Origin: the human T2T-CHM13v2.0 reference genome, Homo sapiens
Length of the DNA stretch: 64,000 nt
Direction: 5' to 3'
NCBI GenBank assembly: GCA_009914755.4
Contig: CP068257.2
Span: 21,056,001-21,120,000 of the forward strand
Shown: in pieces, positions 43,101 to 56,522 of the stretch
Position numbering within the stretch: position 1 is the first letter of the stretch
Layout: each line of letters opens with the position of its first letter
Notes under the pieces: model-generated
Databases searched by the model: none
What the model saw: the letters and a program-made list of their open reading frames with translations, nothing else
Told to the model about the DNA's origin: nothing
Translations under genes and position numbers: made by a program

Positions 43101-44519
43101 TTATGAGACTGTCACATTATCCTTCCAAGGTCATGACAAGGCTTGCCAGGTACCTCATCAGCATTTCTGAAACAAGCTGAAAATTCACTAATGATAACAT
43201 TATTGCCTAATCTTATTGTGAAGGCGAGTTACCAATTTACTACCTGCCAAAAGGCGAGCTTTAAAAAACAGATGAAAAATTATTTAGGGATTCACATAAT
43301 TACCTTATAAGGATTTAAGAAATAAAAACAGTAGATCAGAACAAAAAAAGGAAAGGAACTTAAAAATGGAAAATAATCCATCAACCACAGCAGATTATTT
43401 ACTTAAAACATTAGATTTAGGTTCTGACTTACATTCACAAAGCTTTTGCTAATTTGTTTCAGGTTTAATGAGTTTTCTAATTACGCTCTCCTCCACTTGT
43501 ACTTCCTTGAAAGGCTTGAGATCTGCCATAACTGTATCAAGTTTAATTAATTTTTAATTAATTATATATTACCAACAAATGGTATTGTTTATGCTCTTGT
43601 AAACTTCAGGTGCCAGCCTGGACACCTGAATTGCTTTCTGTAGAAACAGTGAACTGGTGATTTTTAAATAAATTTAATATATTAGTTGTACTTTGAGGCC
43701 CTTATATTCTGCACTGCTCTGTTCTTTTTCATAAGAAATAATAGTGTGCATATCCCACAGAGCAAGAGCTGTAAACCTAATTAGACAGATTTGGGATCAA
43801 GAAGACATTTAAGAGATGAATGTGTTTGCTAATTTTTCAATGATGGTATAGAATCTAAAAATTATCTCATTTTAAGTTTCAAATGAAGAATTGTTTTGCC
43901 TCATAAAGACACTCACATGCAGTCTGATTTACTCTTATCTGACTTTTTTTTTTTTTTTTTAAACTCTGCTAATGAGGTTTAGTGGGGAAGAAATGGCTCT
44001 CTGCAGAAACTGATAAAGCTACAGGCAAGAGGGAGAATGCCAGAAGCTTGGCAATACACTAAAAAGCATTTCTGAAATTGTGTCCTGCTTGATTATCTGA
44101 TACTGTAGCAGCATCCAAAGTGGCAACAAAGAAGAGGGACAGATGGCAGGAAGCAAAGGTGGCAGATAACAGTGCTAATAAATTTCAATGTTATCCCTTG
44201 TGATGGGCTTGTTTCCCCTCAAAATTCCTATGTGAAGCCCCTAATGCCCAGTATTTCAGAATATGACCTTTTTTTTGGAGATAGGGTCTTTAAAGAGGTA
44301 AGTAACTTAGAATGAGGTATTTAGGCTGGGCCCTAATCCAAGATGATTGATTCCTTAAAAGAAGAGGACATTAAGACATACAGAGAGAGACACACACACC
44401 AGACAGGCCTCCATGCAGAGTGAAGACCATATGAACACAGCAAGGAGGCACTGAGTGCAAGCCAAATAAAAAGACCTTAGAAGAAACAAAATCTGCTGAC
44501 ACTTTGATCTTGTGCTTAA

Positions 44520-44878
<359 letters not shown>

Positions 44879-45122
44879 TTATGTTATTTAATCCCCCCAG
44901 TCTGTGGAATTTTGTTATGGTAGCCTGAGCAGACTAATTAATGTACCTGTCCCTTTCTGTAGAGGATACAGTCATTCAAGAATCCACTCACCCTGCTTAG
45001 AACAGATGAATGGCAGACTAGAAGGCACTGGATTGGATCAAGAAATTGGAGGGACCAATTCTATCACTGACCAAAAAAGAAAAGAAAAAGTAAGAAGTAA
45101 AAGCAACTCCTTTTGCACATAC

Positions 45123-45515
45123 TGTCTGAATTGGTCCAATTTTACACTGCTACAAAGAACTTCCTGAGAATGGGTAATTTACAAAGGAAAGAGTTTTAAT
45201 TGACTCATTGTTCAGCATGGGTGGGAAGGCCTTAGGAAACTTACAGAATCATGGCAGAAGACTAAGAAGAAGCAAGGCACCTTCTTTACAAGGTGGTGGG
45301 AAGGAGAATGAATGCAGGATGAACTACCAAACACTTATAAAGCCATCAAATCTTGTGAGAACTCCCTCACTTTCACGAGAACCGCATGGGGGAAACTGCC
45401 CCCATGACTCAATTACCTCCACCTGGCCTCTCCCTTGACATGTGGGGATAATTGGCATTACAGGGATTAAAATTCAAAATGAGATTTTGGATGGGGACAC
45501 AGCAAAACCATATCA
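45123..45515 (-). mobile_element. Solo MaLR LTR (MST/THE1-related), minus orientation, with 5-bp TSD ctgtc
   Basis: ...ttttacactgctacaaagaacttcctgagaatgggtaatttacaaaggaaagagttttaattgactcattgttcagcatgggtgggaaggccttaggaaacttacagaatcatggcagaag...cccccatgactcaattacctccacctggcctctcccttgacatgtggggataattggcattacagggattaaaattcaaaatgagattttggatggggacacagcaaaaccatatca; ctgtc at 45122-45126 and 45516-45520. Confidence 0.8.
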
Positions 45516-46339
45516 CTGTCCCAGATATGAATCTTATTATCACTTTATTCACATAATTTCTAATTGTCTTTTTACATCACCTAGTAATTCTCACTTGATG
45601 TTAGCTTTTATTAAAAAAGCAGAAACATGAGAAGAATTTTAGGTATGGCAGCATTGGATTTGAGTCTGAGTGCACTAAGAATCATGTTAACAGCTGTAAA
45701 AACCTGGAATAGCTCTGATCAATACCCTAATAGTCAACTAGTAAATATGGGCGAGGCTATTAGTGGTTATTCTTTGTAGCCACCGGATTAATGTGGTTAT
45801 TTCTCACAATTCATTCTGAGCATTTTATACCTCCAGCAGTGAAATAATCATTGGGTATAAAAATGGCCTGTGTGAAGCTTTCTAATTTTGTCCTCTTCTA
45901 CTTTGACTGGTTTCATATGTGATGATTGCCCACTATAAATAAAGGTTATTCATTCTTTAATGTAAAAATATACAGTACTGTTAGTAAATTGATTTGAAAT
46001 ACATAAGAATTTGAAATTTACCTTGAATTTTTCAAATGCTATATTTTATACATCTTTTATGATTGAATCTAAACTACTTGACAAAACTTGCTCACAAAAA
46101 AGGAAATTATGTTAACAAGATAGCCTATTTACTACAAAAGAATATGCAGAAAGTAGGGGAAATAAACAGAAGAAAATAATCAAGTACATAGTTATCCATA
46201 AATAGAATATAAGTCCACATAATACAATTTGAAAATGTTAGATTGTGCAAGTTTTTGTAAAAGCTAAGACCAATTAAGTGCTCACAAATTAGAATAAGAC
46301 AGTGGGAAGGGGATCTTTTTAAGAATGTATTATTGTTTA

Positions 46340-46603
46340 TGATATATATATCATTGATATATATATCATTGATATATATATCAAAGATATATATATATCA
46401 ATGATATATATATCAAAGATATATATATCATTGATATATATATCAAAGATATATATATCAATGATATATATATCAAAGATATATATATCAATGATATATA
46501 TATATCAAAGATATATATATCAATGATATATATATCAAAGATACATATGTATCAATGATATATATATCATTGATATATATATATATCTCAATGATATATA
46601 TAT
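46340..46603. repeat. AT-rich tandem array of about 30-bp units built from the perfect palindrome tcattgatatatatatcaatga (about 8-9 copies)
   Basis: tgatatatatatcattgatatatatatcattgatatatatatcaaagatatatatatatcaatgatatatatatcaaagatatatatatcattgatatatatatcaaag... Confidence 0.9.
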
Positions 46604-47451
46604 AAAAAGATGCACAAACATTAATCACAGCAACAGCATCCAACTCATATGAGTAACAGTGGCTATGGTAACAGTGTTGATGTTTTTTGCCCACTGCCAC
46701 TGGGCATGCCCACTTGATAAAGCTTAAACTCCCAGAGCTTTCCTTCAGTTTCCTCCAAACTGTGGCTTAATCTTAAATTTTGGTGTTTGTACTCAACATC
46801 CAACTCCTAAGTGTTGGTGCAGTTATGTTGTCTGGTACTCAGAGCAGTTTATGAGATGAGTTTTAACTTCAGCTCTTTATCCTTTTTGGTTCATTTATTT
46901 TGGTTTTCTAAGATTTGATATAAAACTACCCACTGAAGTATTAACCCATTCAATATTCTTATAAAAAATTAGTTTTATGCTTTAATAAGAGAGCATTTTA
47001 TATTGCTTAAAACTAAGATTCTTGCCTAAAAAGTAGCATTGATATTTTGCTATGTGTAAGATTCTATGACGTAGTTGTTTTTATGAAAGTTATGTAATTC
47101 TTTATGAAGAGGTATGTAATTCTTAATCTTAATAACTTTGTGGTTTGGATTGGGAGATCAAATAAAATGGCTTGGACTTTTAATAAAAATCTAACAAAGA
47201 TACAACTAAAAAACATATGTTACATACTTATTCCTAACACGTGGAAAGTATAAACTATACTTGCAGTGAACTCACAAGAGATGTCTTTTCGTTGTGACTG
47301 CATGTGAGAACTTTAATAAAAATAGACTTGAGGCATGTAGGTAGAGAGGGTGTGAGGAGGCCGAGTTCTGTCAGGGAATTGTTAATATCTTATTCATGTT
47401 TTGTGATCAATGTATGTTATATGATGTATTCATATTTAGTAGACATTTGCT

Positions 47452-47485
47452 AAATGAATGAATGGATGAATGAATAGGTAGATGA
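47452..47485. repeat. (AATG)n-like microsatellite
   Basis: aaatgaatgaatggatgaatgaataggtagatgaa. Confidence 0.7.
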
Positions 47486-50400
47486 AATAATGGAGCTGAT
47501 TTACCAATAGTGGAAACATAAAACCACTAAAATGCATTTTATTTTTTCAATAGACAGTAGACTACTCTTTATATATATATTTTTAAATATATGAATACAT
47601 AATAGTTGAAAAAATTTATGAGGCACATGTGATATTTTGATACAAACATACAATGATTAATGATCAAATCAGGGGACTTAGAATATCCATCACCACAAAA
47701 AGTTATCATTTGTTTGTGTTAGGAACATTCTAATTCCAATCTCCTAGTTATTAATATATTGAAATATACAGTAACTTATTTGTAACAAGAGCTGCCCTAT
47801 TGTTCTACTAAACACTAAATCTTATTTCTTCTATCTAATTGTGTCTCAGTACTTGTTAACTGACCCCACTTTATCCCTCCCCTACTACCATTCCCAGCCT
47901 CTAGTAATGATCATTCTACTACCTCCATAAGATTACTTTTTTTAGCTACTACACAGAAGAGAGATCACGTGAATATTTGTCTTTCTGTGCCTGGCTTATT
48001 TTGCTCAACATAATATCCTCCAATTCCATCTCTGTTCTTGCAAATGATAGGACTGTTTATTTATGGCTGAATAATTTTCCATTGTGTACTACAATATGTA
48101 CCACATTTTATTTATTTATTTATCTATCCACACATGGACACATAGGTTAATTCCATATCTTGGCTACTGTGAACAGTGCTTGCAACAAACATAGGGGTTC
48201 AGATATCTTTTTATACAGTGATTTGTTTTCTTTTGGATACATACCCAGCAGTTGGAATGCTGGATCCTATAGTAGTTCTGTTATTAGTTTTTGGAGGGAC
48301 CTCCCTTCATACTGTTTTACATAGTGGCTGTACTAATTTACACTCCCACCAACAGCACACTAATCTGTTTGGATTAAACATTAGTAGATGAATACTGAGT
48401 GCTAACGTCAAAATTGTAAGATGCAGCCATAGGTGGAGGGAAATGAAGAAAATATGTAGGGATTTTTAGCGGTATCAAATGGTCATCAGAGAGTATTTGA
48501 AGGTAGTTAATCTTCTACTTTTGGATATTGAAAATTAGAATTGAATCTGCAAGTAATGGAAGTCAATTGAAATGTTTTTGAATAACCTATTTGTAGTATA
48601 TGATAAATAATCAATTCTTTTGATTACAAACCTATGATTTAAAGTCTTCCTTATCATGTGCTTTTGACACATTCAGAAAATTCACATAATTATTTTCTCA
48701 GATAAATTATTCCTTTCAATAGAGTTTTAAAAGTTTATAAAGTTAGATGAATTTCCAACATTAGGAAGTTAACTAACTTTCAACAGGCATTGATAGCAAC
48801 TAATAATTTACACTAACTCTTCAACCTGACTTAAAATGACTGATGTATTCCAATTACCTTTCCTTTGACTGTCTTAAGCTATATACATTCATATATATAG
48901 ATAGACACACATCACAATAGTCAACATGGTTGATCTCATGCGCACACACATATGCAAATTTTCTTTTTCCTTTTTTGTGGGTTTGTATTTTTCTGATTTG
49001 TTTGTCTTCTCTGTCTTCTTAAAACATGTTTTATATTTTAAAAGCCCTTTACTGTGTTTCCTATTACTATTACAATTTTATTACTTTTTGTTGATGCTAT
49101 GTTGTTATTTTAGTCATATGTTTGATACTTAATATTATTCACATCTAACTATAGATCATTTGAAAACATGGATCATTAATGATGACATGTTTAGTATAAT
49201 TAACTACATTAAGTATATTGATTCCTATACCTCTAATGTTAGTTTTAAAATGCAGAAACATTCTATAGTTGCACCCTAAAACAGAATAAGTAGACTTTAG
49301 GGCTTGAAGTTATATGGTCTTCAGTTTTGTGTAAGTATTTTTTCTTATCACCATTTAAACTCTTTCATGTATTTTGAGTTTCATGATTTTATACTTGACA
49401 GGTACATTCTCCTCCATACATAGGCATGGAAAGGTGTGCCAATCAGAAAGCAGGAATAAATGTATGAAACTGATGATGCCTTTGATGCCATGCATGCAGT
49501 ACTCCACCAGACAAAAATGAAAACACATCAAACACCAGATGACAAGGTAAGTTAACAGAAGTACTTCTCAATGGGAAGGGATTAAGTTTTTCTTCTGAAG
49601 ACCCAGAGTGATGGCTGTTTTGACTCCTGGTATCAAAACGACCAAACTGAATAAAAGGGTCAAAGTATTAAATATGTACTCATTTCATGTTCCCAAAACT
49701 GTTAAGTTCATGCAGGAGAACTTTAGCCATAATTTGAATCTGAAGGACACTATTGCAGTTTAAATATTTCTCAATCCTTCAGTAAATGATAATATTCAAG
49801 TAAGTATGTGCCTACCTTCTCAAAGATAGTGCTTGTACTTTGTAAATGTCCAATAGTATGATTTCCTATGAGATACATGAGATTATTACTATTGACACCA
49901 CCATCATATGTAGGTGCATAGAGCCACACTTTGATGTTTGACCTGAAGGAGAACCAAAAAAAATGAATAAATAAATTTTAGAATGTTTATTTTGTCTTCA
50001 AAATTTATGTAAAGATGTTCTGGTGGGATGTTGTTTGAAGCATCACAGGATCCCTTCTGCTCGAGTTTGCCATTTTCCTACCTCCAACACTCATATTTGC
50101 TTATCCATACAGTGATGTTATTACAAATTTAAGAGTAGCCAAAACACAATGGCAAATATTTGCCAAGGTAACTTGTCTGGTTTTCTCATAAAGGTACATT
50201 ACTATTAAGTCTTTACATTACAACCATACTGCCACTGAATATAGCATTTAAAGCGAAATGTATAAAAAGAGATTACCATTCTAATTTCAGTAAATTTGAT
50301 ATATAACAAATAAATATAATAGAAGCTTTTGAACAAAGCTGAATAAATACAATAGAAGATTTTGAAGAAAGCTGTTTCTGATGTAATAAATATAAAATTA

Positions 50401-52048
50401 ACTATGAAATCATTTCATAAACATATCTCATAATAGCAGCCATGTGGCTTCTTAATTAGAATATAAAACATTAACATATTAATAATTGAAAAAATCATTA
50501 GCTTTCTAATTGAAAAAACTGTAAATAAAGATTGGCACTTTTATGTTTCACATTGTTTTTAAAACGCTGATAAACATATTTTCATAGAAAGGTCTATATA
50601 CAAAATATCTTAAAACATGCAAAGTTTGTATATTGAAATAACTTTTCAGGAAATAAATTTTCTATTTAAATCATGAATGCCTTCTGTGGCCTTAATGTCA
50701 ATATCTTTAAGCATTTCTTGAGTTGATTTACATTTTTAACACAAATTTATTCTGAAACATATATAATACCTGTAAAAAATTTTGAACAACTGACTTGAAA
50801 ACACTCTTGTTGTATCACTTATTTCCTGTTGTTATCAAAATAAGTAATGAACTGGAAATTGCATCTGCCAGTATAATAAATGTATTATACCAAAAAGGTT
50901 AACTTGTTTGAATAAAAAATTACTATTATAAAATATGTTGGTGCACAATTCTGGACCTATTTAAATTTATACATACAAATATTAATAATAGTAATGATTT
51001 TAAGTGCAAAAAGACAAAGCTCATAACAGAAGTTGATGAAGGACATAAGACATTTCAGGTAATGATTTTCATAATAAAGTCTTATTTTTACACTGGTTTA
51101 CTAATTTATCATACAAACTTGGAAAAACCTTATCATGTACTGTGCACATAAGTGTCATTATTTATTGAAAAAGAGTGAATGAATAAACAAATAAAAACTG
51201 ATGAAGAAAATTTAATTAGGGTAATGACATATTGACACCTATTCTAAATTCTCACACATTGATTATTAAATCTTAAAGAAATTCCTGTTTTTAAATTATG
51301 AAATAAAGTGTTTTTTGCTAATATTTGATAATGCTTTATTTTCCTTACTTATTCAATGTTGTGTTTCCTCAGAAGATAATTTAAGAATGTAAAATTCAAC
51401 ACATTGAGTAACAGGGAATTGTTTGGTTTACTCTACACTGTAAGCTGCATGTGTACCAGATAGTTATATAAAATTACAGCTTTTGAGGTGGAGGAATCAA
51501 AATATCTTATTTTTTAATACTTAAAACACATAATTGGTCTCTATATAAGAAACACTAGATCAATAAATAATAAATTAGTGTTTTCTTGTTTTTGGAAAAC
51601 AATAAGGAAATAAGGTTAAACATTTTTAATCATTGCCCAAACATTTTCATTTCATTTGATACATAGTATAGTGTTAAACTCATTTGTTAACACATAATGA
51701 TTTTTTTCCTCTAATTCAAAAATGATTTTTCGTATATATAGAAGTAATGACTGGTTTTAAAATTTATATTACTAAATATAATAATGTAGTGTTGAAATAT
51801 CAGTATATGTAATATACAATGGAATTTCAAAACCTGAGACATATTTCAGTCCTCATATTTTCTTGTCAATTTATAGGACACCTTTTCAGCTATATAATTA
51901 TTAATATAAGATCCATCTAATTATAACATAATAACTTCTTTGCTATAGCTTATACATATATATCAAAGCATATTTATAAGGTAAACAAACTAAAACAAGC
52001 ATATAAATATGTAATAATATTTTATAAAACACTTCAAAGAGAGGTAAA

Positions 52049-52230
52049 GAACATCACACACCGGGGCTTGTTGTGGGGTGGGGAGGTGGGGAGGGATAGC
52101 ATGAGGAGATATACCTAATGTTAAATGACGAGTTAATGGATGCAGCACACCAACATGGCACATGTATACATATGTAACAAACCTGCACGTTGTGCACATG
52201 TACCCTAAAACTTAAAGTATAATTAAAAAA
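52049..52230 (+). mobile_element. L1PA (older primate L1) extreme 3'UTR fragment with short A tail
   Basis: gaacatcacacaccggggcttgttgtggggtggggaggtggggagggatagcatgaggagatatacctaatgttaaatgacgagttaatggatgcagcacaccaacatggcacatgtatacatatgtaacaaacctgcacgttgtgcacatgtaccctaaaacttaaagtataattaaaaaaa. The GAG at the diagnostic 3'UTR triplet and ttaaagtataat indicate a pre-L1HS subfamily. Confidence 0.85.
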
Positions 52231-53157
52231 ACACATAAGATTAATGTGGTGATAAAATATTACACTGATGATAAAGGACTTTTTTGAGAGATCAATAATT
52301 GTCCAATGAGAATCAAGAATTGAAGTATGTCATCAATGTTTTTTTCTAAAAATATACTTTCTGAAAACTTATTTGCCATACATTACGTTAACTGCTAAGC
52401 AGCAACTAAAAAATATATTATCTGCTCCTCAAGAGCATAAAAACAAGGAACTAAGTATTTGCAGGCATACACAAGCATTTTGAAAGGGCCATACTACATA
52501 CCAAAAGCATCATAAATGCATTTTGTTGAAGAATTATGAAAGTAATGCTATTGTGATTGAAAACATAATCTAATGTTTAAACCACAATTTGATTTAGCAA
52601 AAAATAAATAAATAAAATAAAGTAATGGGAGATTCATTATCTAGAAACATGTACAGTATTTTTTCAATAATTTAAGCATATTTTTCATTTTGTTGAAAGG
52701 TAATTTACATAGCATCAATGTATTAAATCAATTTGAAGAAATATTAAACAGAACATTTTATTTTTCTATCATACTAAATTAGAAAATTAGATTTGTAGCT
52801 TATATTTCTAATATTCTTAATTAAATATACCTGGTTTAGATATTAAACATACTGGATTAGAAAAAAGTGTGCAATAAAATACTGCCAAAATTTTACTACA
52901 ATGATTAAAATAGTTCAATGATCTACACATTCCAAATTTTTTTTCAATTTAACTGAGAGAATTGTCTCTTATCCTCTCTGAAGAGGTTTTATTGTAAATT
53001 CCACATTTTTGCTTCTGAAGAAAAAATAATTTCTTCACTGAATAAATGTTTTAGGTTCTGATTTTGAATAAGATGAAGTAACTCACAGCAGATCAAGAAC
53101 AACTGAAAAATGCAGATGAAAATTCAAGAATAGTCTCTCTTTAAAAATAAGATAGCT

Positions 53158-53313
53158 ACATTTTCTTAATCCAGTCTATCATTGTTGGACATTTGGGTTG
53201 GTTCCAAGTCTTTGCTATTGTGAATAGTGCCGCAATAAACATACGTGTGCATGTGTCTTTATAGCAGCATGATTTATACTCATTTGGGTATATACCCAGT
53301 AATGGGATGGCTG
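53158..53313 (-). mobile_element. L1HS-like insertion, inverted 5' segment from a twin-priming event (ORF2 C-terminal sequence on the minus strand)
   Basis: acattttcttaatccagtctatcattgttggacatttgggttggttccaagtctttgctattgtgaatagtgccgcaataaacatacgtgtgcatgtgtctttatagcagcatgatttatactcatttgggtatatacccagtaatgggatggctg is the reverse complement of L1 ...ccattactgggtatatacc...gcaaagacttggaaccaacccaaatgtcc...gattaagaaaatgt. Confidence 0.85.
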
Positions 53314-53693
53314 TGGCACATATACACCATGGAATACTATGCAGCCATAAAAAATGATGAGTTCATATCCTTTGTAGGGACATGGATGAAATTGGAAACC
53401 ATCATTCTCAGTAAACTATCGCAAGAACAAAAAACCAAACACCGCATATTCTCACTCATAGATGGGAATTGAACAATGAGATCACATGGACACAGGAAGG
53501 GGAATATCACACTCTGGGGACTGTGGTGGGGTCGGGGGAGGGGGGAGGGATAGCATTGGGAGATATACCTAATGCTAGATGACACATTAGTAGGTGCAGC
53601 GCACCAGCATGGCACATGTATACATATGTAACTAACCTGCACAATGTGCACATGTACCCTAAAACTTAGAGTATAATAAAAAAAAAAAAAAAA
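53312..53693 (+). mobile_element. L1HS-Ta-like 3' segment (end of ORF2 plus 3'UTR plus about 20-nt poly-A), direct-orientation part of the same twin-primed insertion; 15-bp TSD aaaaataagatagct
   Basis: tgtggcacatatacaccatggaatactatgcagccataaaaaatgatgagttcatatcctttgtagggacatggatgaaattggaaaccatcattctcagtaaactatcgcaagaacaaaaaaccaaacaccgcat...ggggactgtggtggggtcgggggaggggggagggatagcattgggagatatacctaatgctagatgacacattagtaggtgcagcgcaccagcatggcacatgtatacatatgtaactaacctgcacaatgtgcacatgtaccctaaaacttagagtataataaaaa...; ACA at the diagnostic 3'UTR triplet; TSDs at 53143-53157 and 53694-53708. Confidence 0.85.
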
Positions 53694-54344
53694 AAAAATA
53701 AGATAGCTGCCTAGGTAACCAGAGACTGAGGGGCCAAGTTGCTGATGAGTAGGAAGCTTCGGAGTAAAGAATTGATTTTATTGGGCTCATTTTCTCTTGA
53801 ATCTTCTCCAAACTTGGTGGAAAAACCACTGAACATCCACCCAAAGATTGCACACAGGAGGGAGCTGCTTTTACAATATTAAAGAGCTAGAAAGACAAAT
53901 TGAAGATCAGACCTGTAAAGCAACGAGGACTTGAGTAGGCAAGATATTGGAAGAAACAATGAACTGAAAACTTACAAGTGATTGGGACATTGCAGAGCAA
54001 TGGGAAGGTTAACTTCTTTAATGCCAATGCAAATGGGAACTGAAATTGTTAAAATTCAGTATCTGGAACAAATAATTTTAAATAATAAAAATTAACCATT
54101 ATAGCATATAAATTAAATCAATGTATAAGCATCAAAATTGCTTTGTTTAAATATTTCTGCAATTATGCCTGAGGTTTAAAATCCTGTATATAAAATAAAC
54201 AACCAAGAAACATTCATAATTCAGTTTTAAAGACACAATGTGTTTGTATATTTTAATATTATAACAGCATGTTTTTGGACTGTCCTGACTTTTTCTGCTT
54301 GAAATTATTTTAAAAACTTTTAAAGAGTATCGTAACTTGCTATT

Positions 54345-54710
54345 TGATATAGTTTGGCTGTATCCCCACCCAAACATCATCTTTAATTTCAGTTACAATA
54401 GTGTCCACGTGTTGTGGGAGGGACCCAGTGAAAGGGAATTAAATCACGGGGGCAGTTACCCTCATGCTGTTCTTGTGATACTGAATGACTTCTCAAGTGA
54501 ATTGATGGTTTTGTAAGGAGCTTTTCCCCCTTTTCTCAGTACTCATTTTTTCTCCTGCCACCCTGTAAAGAGGTGCCTTCCACCATGATTGTAAGTTTCC
54601 TGAGGCCTCCCCAGCAATGTGGCACTGAGAGTCAATTAAACCTCTCTTCTTTATAAATTACCCAGTCTTAGGTATTTCTTCAAAGCAGCATGAGAATGCA
54701 CTAATACACT
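54345..54710 (+). mobile_element. Solo MaLR LTR (THE1/MST family) with perfect 5-bp TSD ctatt
   Basis: tgatatagtttggctgtatccccacccaaacatcatctttaatttcagttacaatagtgtccacgtgttgtgggagggacccagtgaaagggaattaaatcacgggggcag...ccaccatgattgtaagtttcctgaggcctccccagcaatgtggcactgagagtcaattaaacctctcttctttataaattacccagtcttaggtatttcttcaaagcagcatgagaatgcactaataca; flanks gctatt|tgata and aataca|ctatt|tgcat. Confidence 0.88.
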
Positions 54711-56522
54711 ATTTGCATATATAATAATAATTTTTGTCTTATCATTATTTATTATTTAATAAATAAATAAATATATATGGGCATTCAGACATTTCTGAGC
54801 CTTCACTTTGAAGCTCCTGACTGAGATCTTGGATGAGGAAAGAAATATCTGAAATATACAACCACATTAAATGAAAAAACACTTGCTGAGGCTCCTTCTA
54901 TATGGGGTAATCTTGTAATTTATCAAACAAAACAGGATGAGAGTAAAAGAATGGCTATTTATTACTGTGCCAAGAAATCAGGAAATCAAGCATATACTGG
55001 ACTGTCACAGAAAACATGGATGTATAATAAGCTTTCACATAATCCTCTGTGACAATAGAACATTAAGTTCACAATATATTGGTCCATAAAGATTGATTAA
55101 AGCTGATTCTAAGAGAAAATGAAAAAGCTGATTCTAAAAGAAAATGAAAAAGCTGATGGGGAAACTAAGAGATTCATCTTGAAACTGCAGAAAGCACAAT
55201 TACAAATCTGTAGAAGAAGTGTTTTTATATATGTTGCCTCTGTGGAGACATTTTTATCGGTAAAGTCCTCTTTGTAAATGGAGCGATTAATACTATGTGC
55301 TTTAAAGAATTAGACTCAAATAATATCTTTCAATGAATGTTATCAAATTTTCTCTCTGTTACTTAGTTCATTTTTATGTAAATCTTAATATAAATCAGTA
55401 ACACATCATATAGTGTTAATGGGTCATACATAAAAATTTTATCTCTCCTCATTTTATAAGTGACATACAAAATTGTATGTTTTCTTCAGTAAGTACCCAG
55501 ATTACAATTTTGCTCAAAATATAAAAATTGTGAATATTAAATAGACAATATAGTTAGTATTACAAAATATTTATAAAATAACTTTGGGAAATTTGTCAAA
55601 ATTAGACCTAAAATTCTAAAAGTCCTTTTAAAGAAATCATGAACAATTAAAATACTTGGACACCTTTCACATTTGAGAGACCTGCACCACAATAAGTCAA
55701 GCAAATTTCTAAGTCTCTGCCTGCCTTAAATTCTTCCCCGCTGAGCTGAGGATACCAGAGGTTGACAACTGTAGCCTCATCCTGCAGCATCTGTGCTAAG
55801 TCAGTGGAAGCTCTGCTTGGCAAGACTGAAACACCACCATCTGTAGGAAGGCTGTTACTCTCACTCTGGAATGTCTAGTGGAATTGTAGAATTACATGCT
55901 ATGATGATATAAAACTTCCTCTCATGTGTGGGTTGGCAATGTGAAGAAATTTCAAGGACAATCCCCAAAATCAATTCAATTAAATTGAATGAAATATTTG
56001 ATCTCTTACAAATTTCTCAACTTTGTCGTGACTGGAAAGTACATCACAAAGAACATCAAAAACTTCATTGTGCTTAAAAATAATCATTATTTATTCATGT
56101 GAAAATCATAATTATAATTGTGTGAAAATGAAGAAATTTTTTACCTGTTCTTCCATTTTATGCAAACATACATTATCCTACAGTTTGTGATACACATTAA
56201 TTTTAATGTAGTAATATCCTAGACCTGTTAAATGAATCCTAATTACTCCACATTCTCATGAAATTTACAGGTCATTTAAATAAACATCCTCAATTCTATA
56301 ATAAAGATTGAGAATTAGGGAGGAACTGATGAATTTCATAATCAATTTAAAACTATTCCCTCTCTGATTTATACTCATGAATGTGTTGTTAAATTTTCAA
56401 TGATTAGTCCTCTTGAGGATGAGGGAAAAGCCCTCATTTTGGGGATTTGTTGATTCCTGTGGGGCAATACTTCTGTCATAACTTAATATAAACTATGTAA
56501 AAGTTAAATCATTTCCTCCTTT

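Noticed and set aside
52054-53651. ORFs 52054..52236 (-), 51990..52199 (-), 53337..53651 (-), 53245..53472 (+)
   Set aside because: They fall inside L1 3'UTR/ORF2-end fragments (52049-52230 and the L1HS insertion at 53158-53693). They are antisense or partial L1 frames, not host genes.
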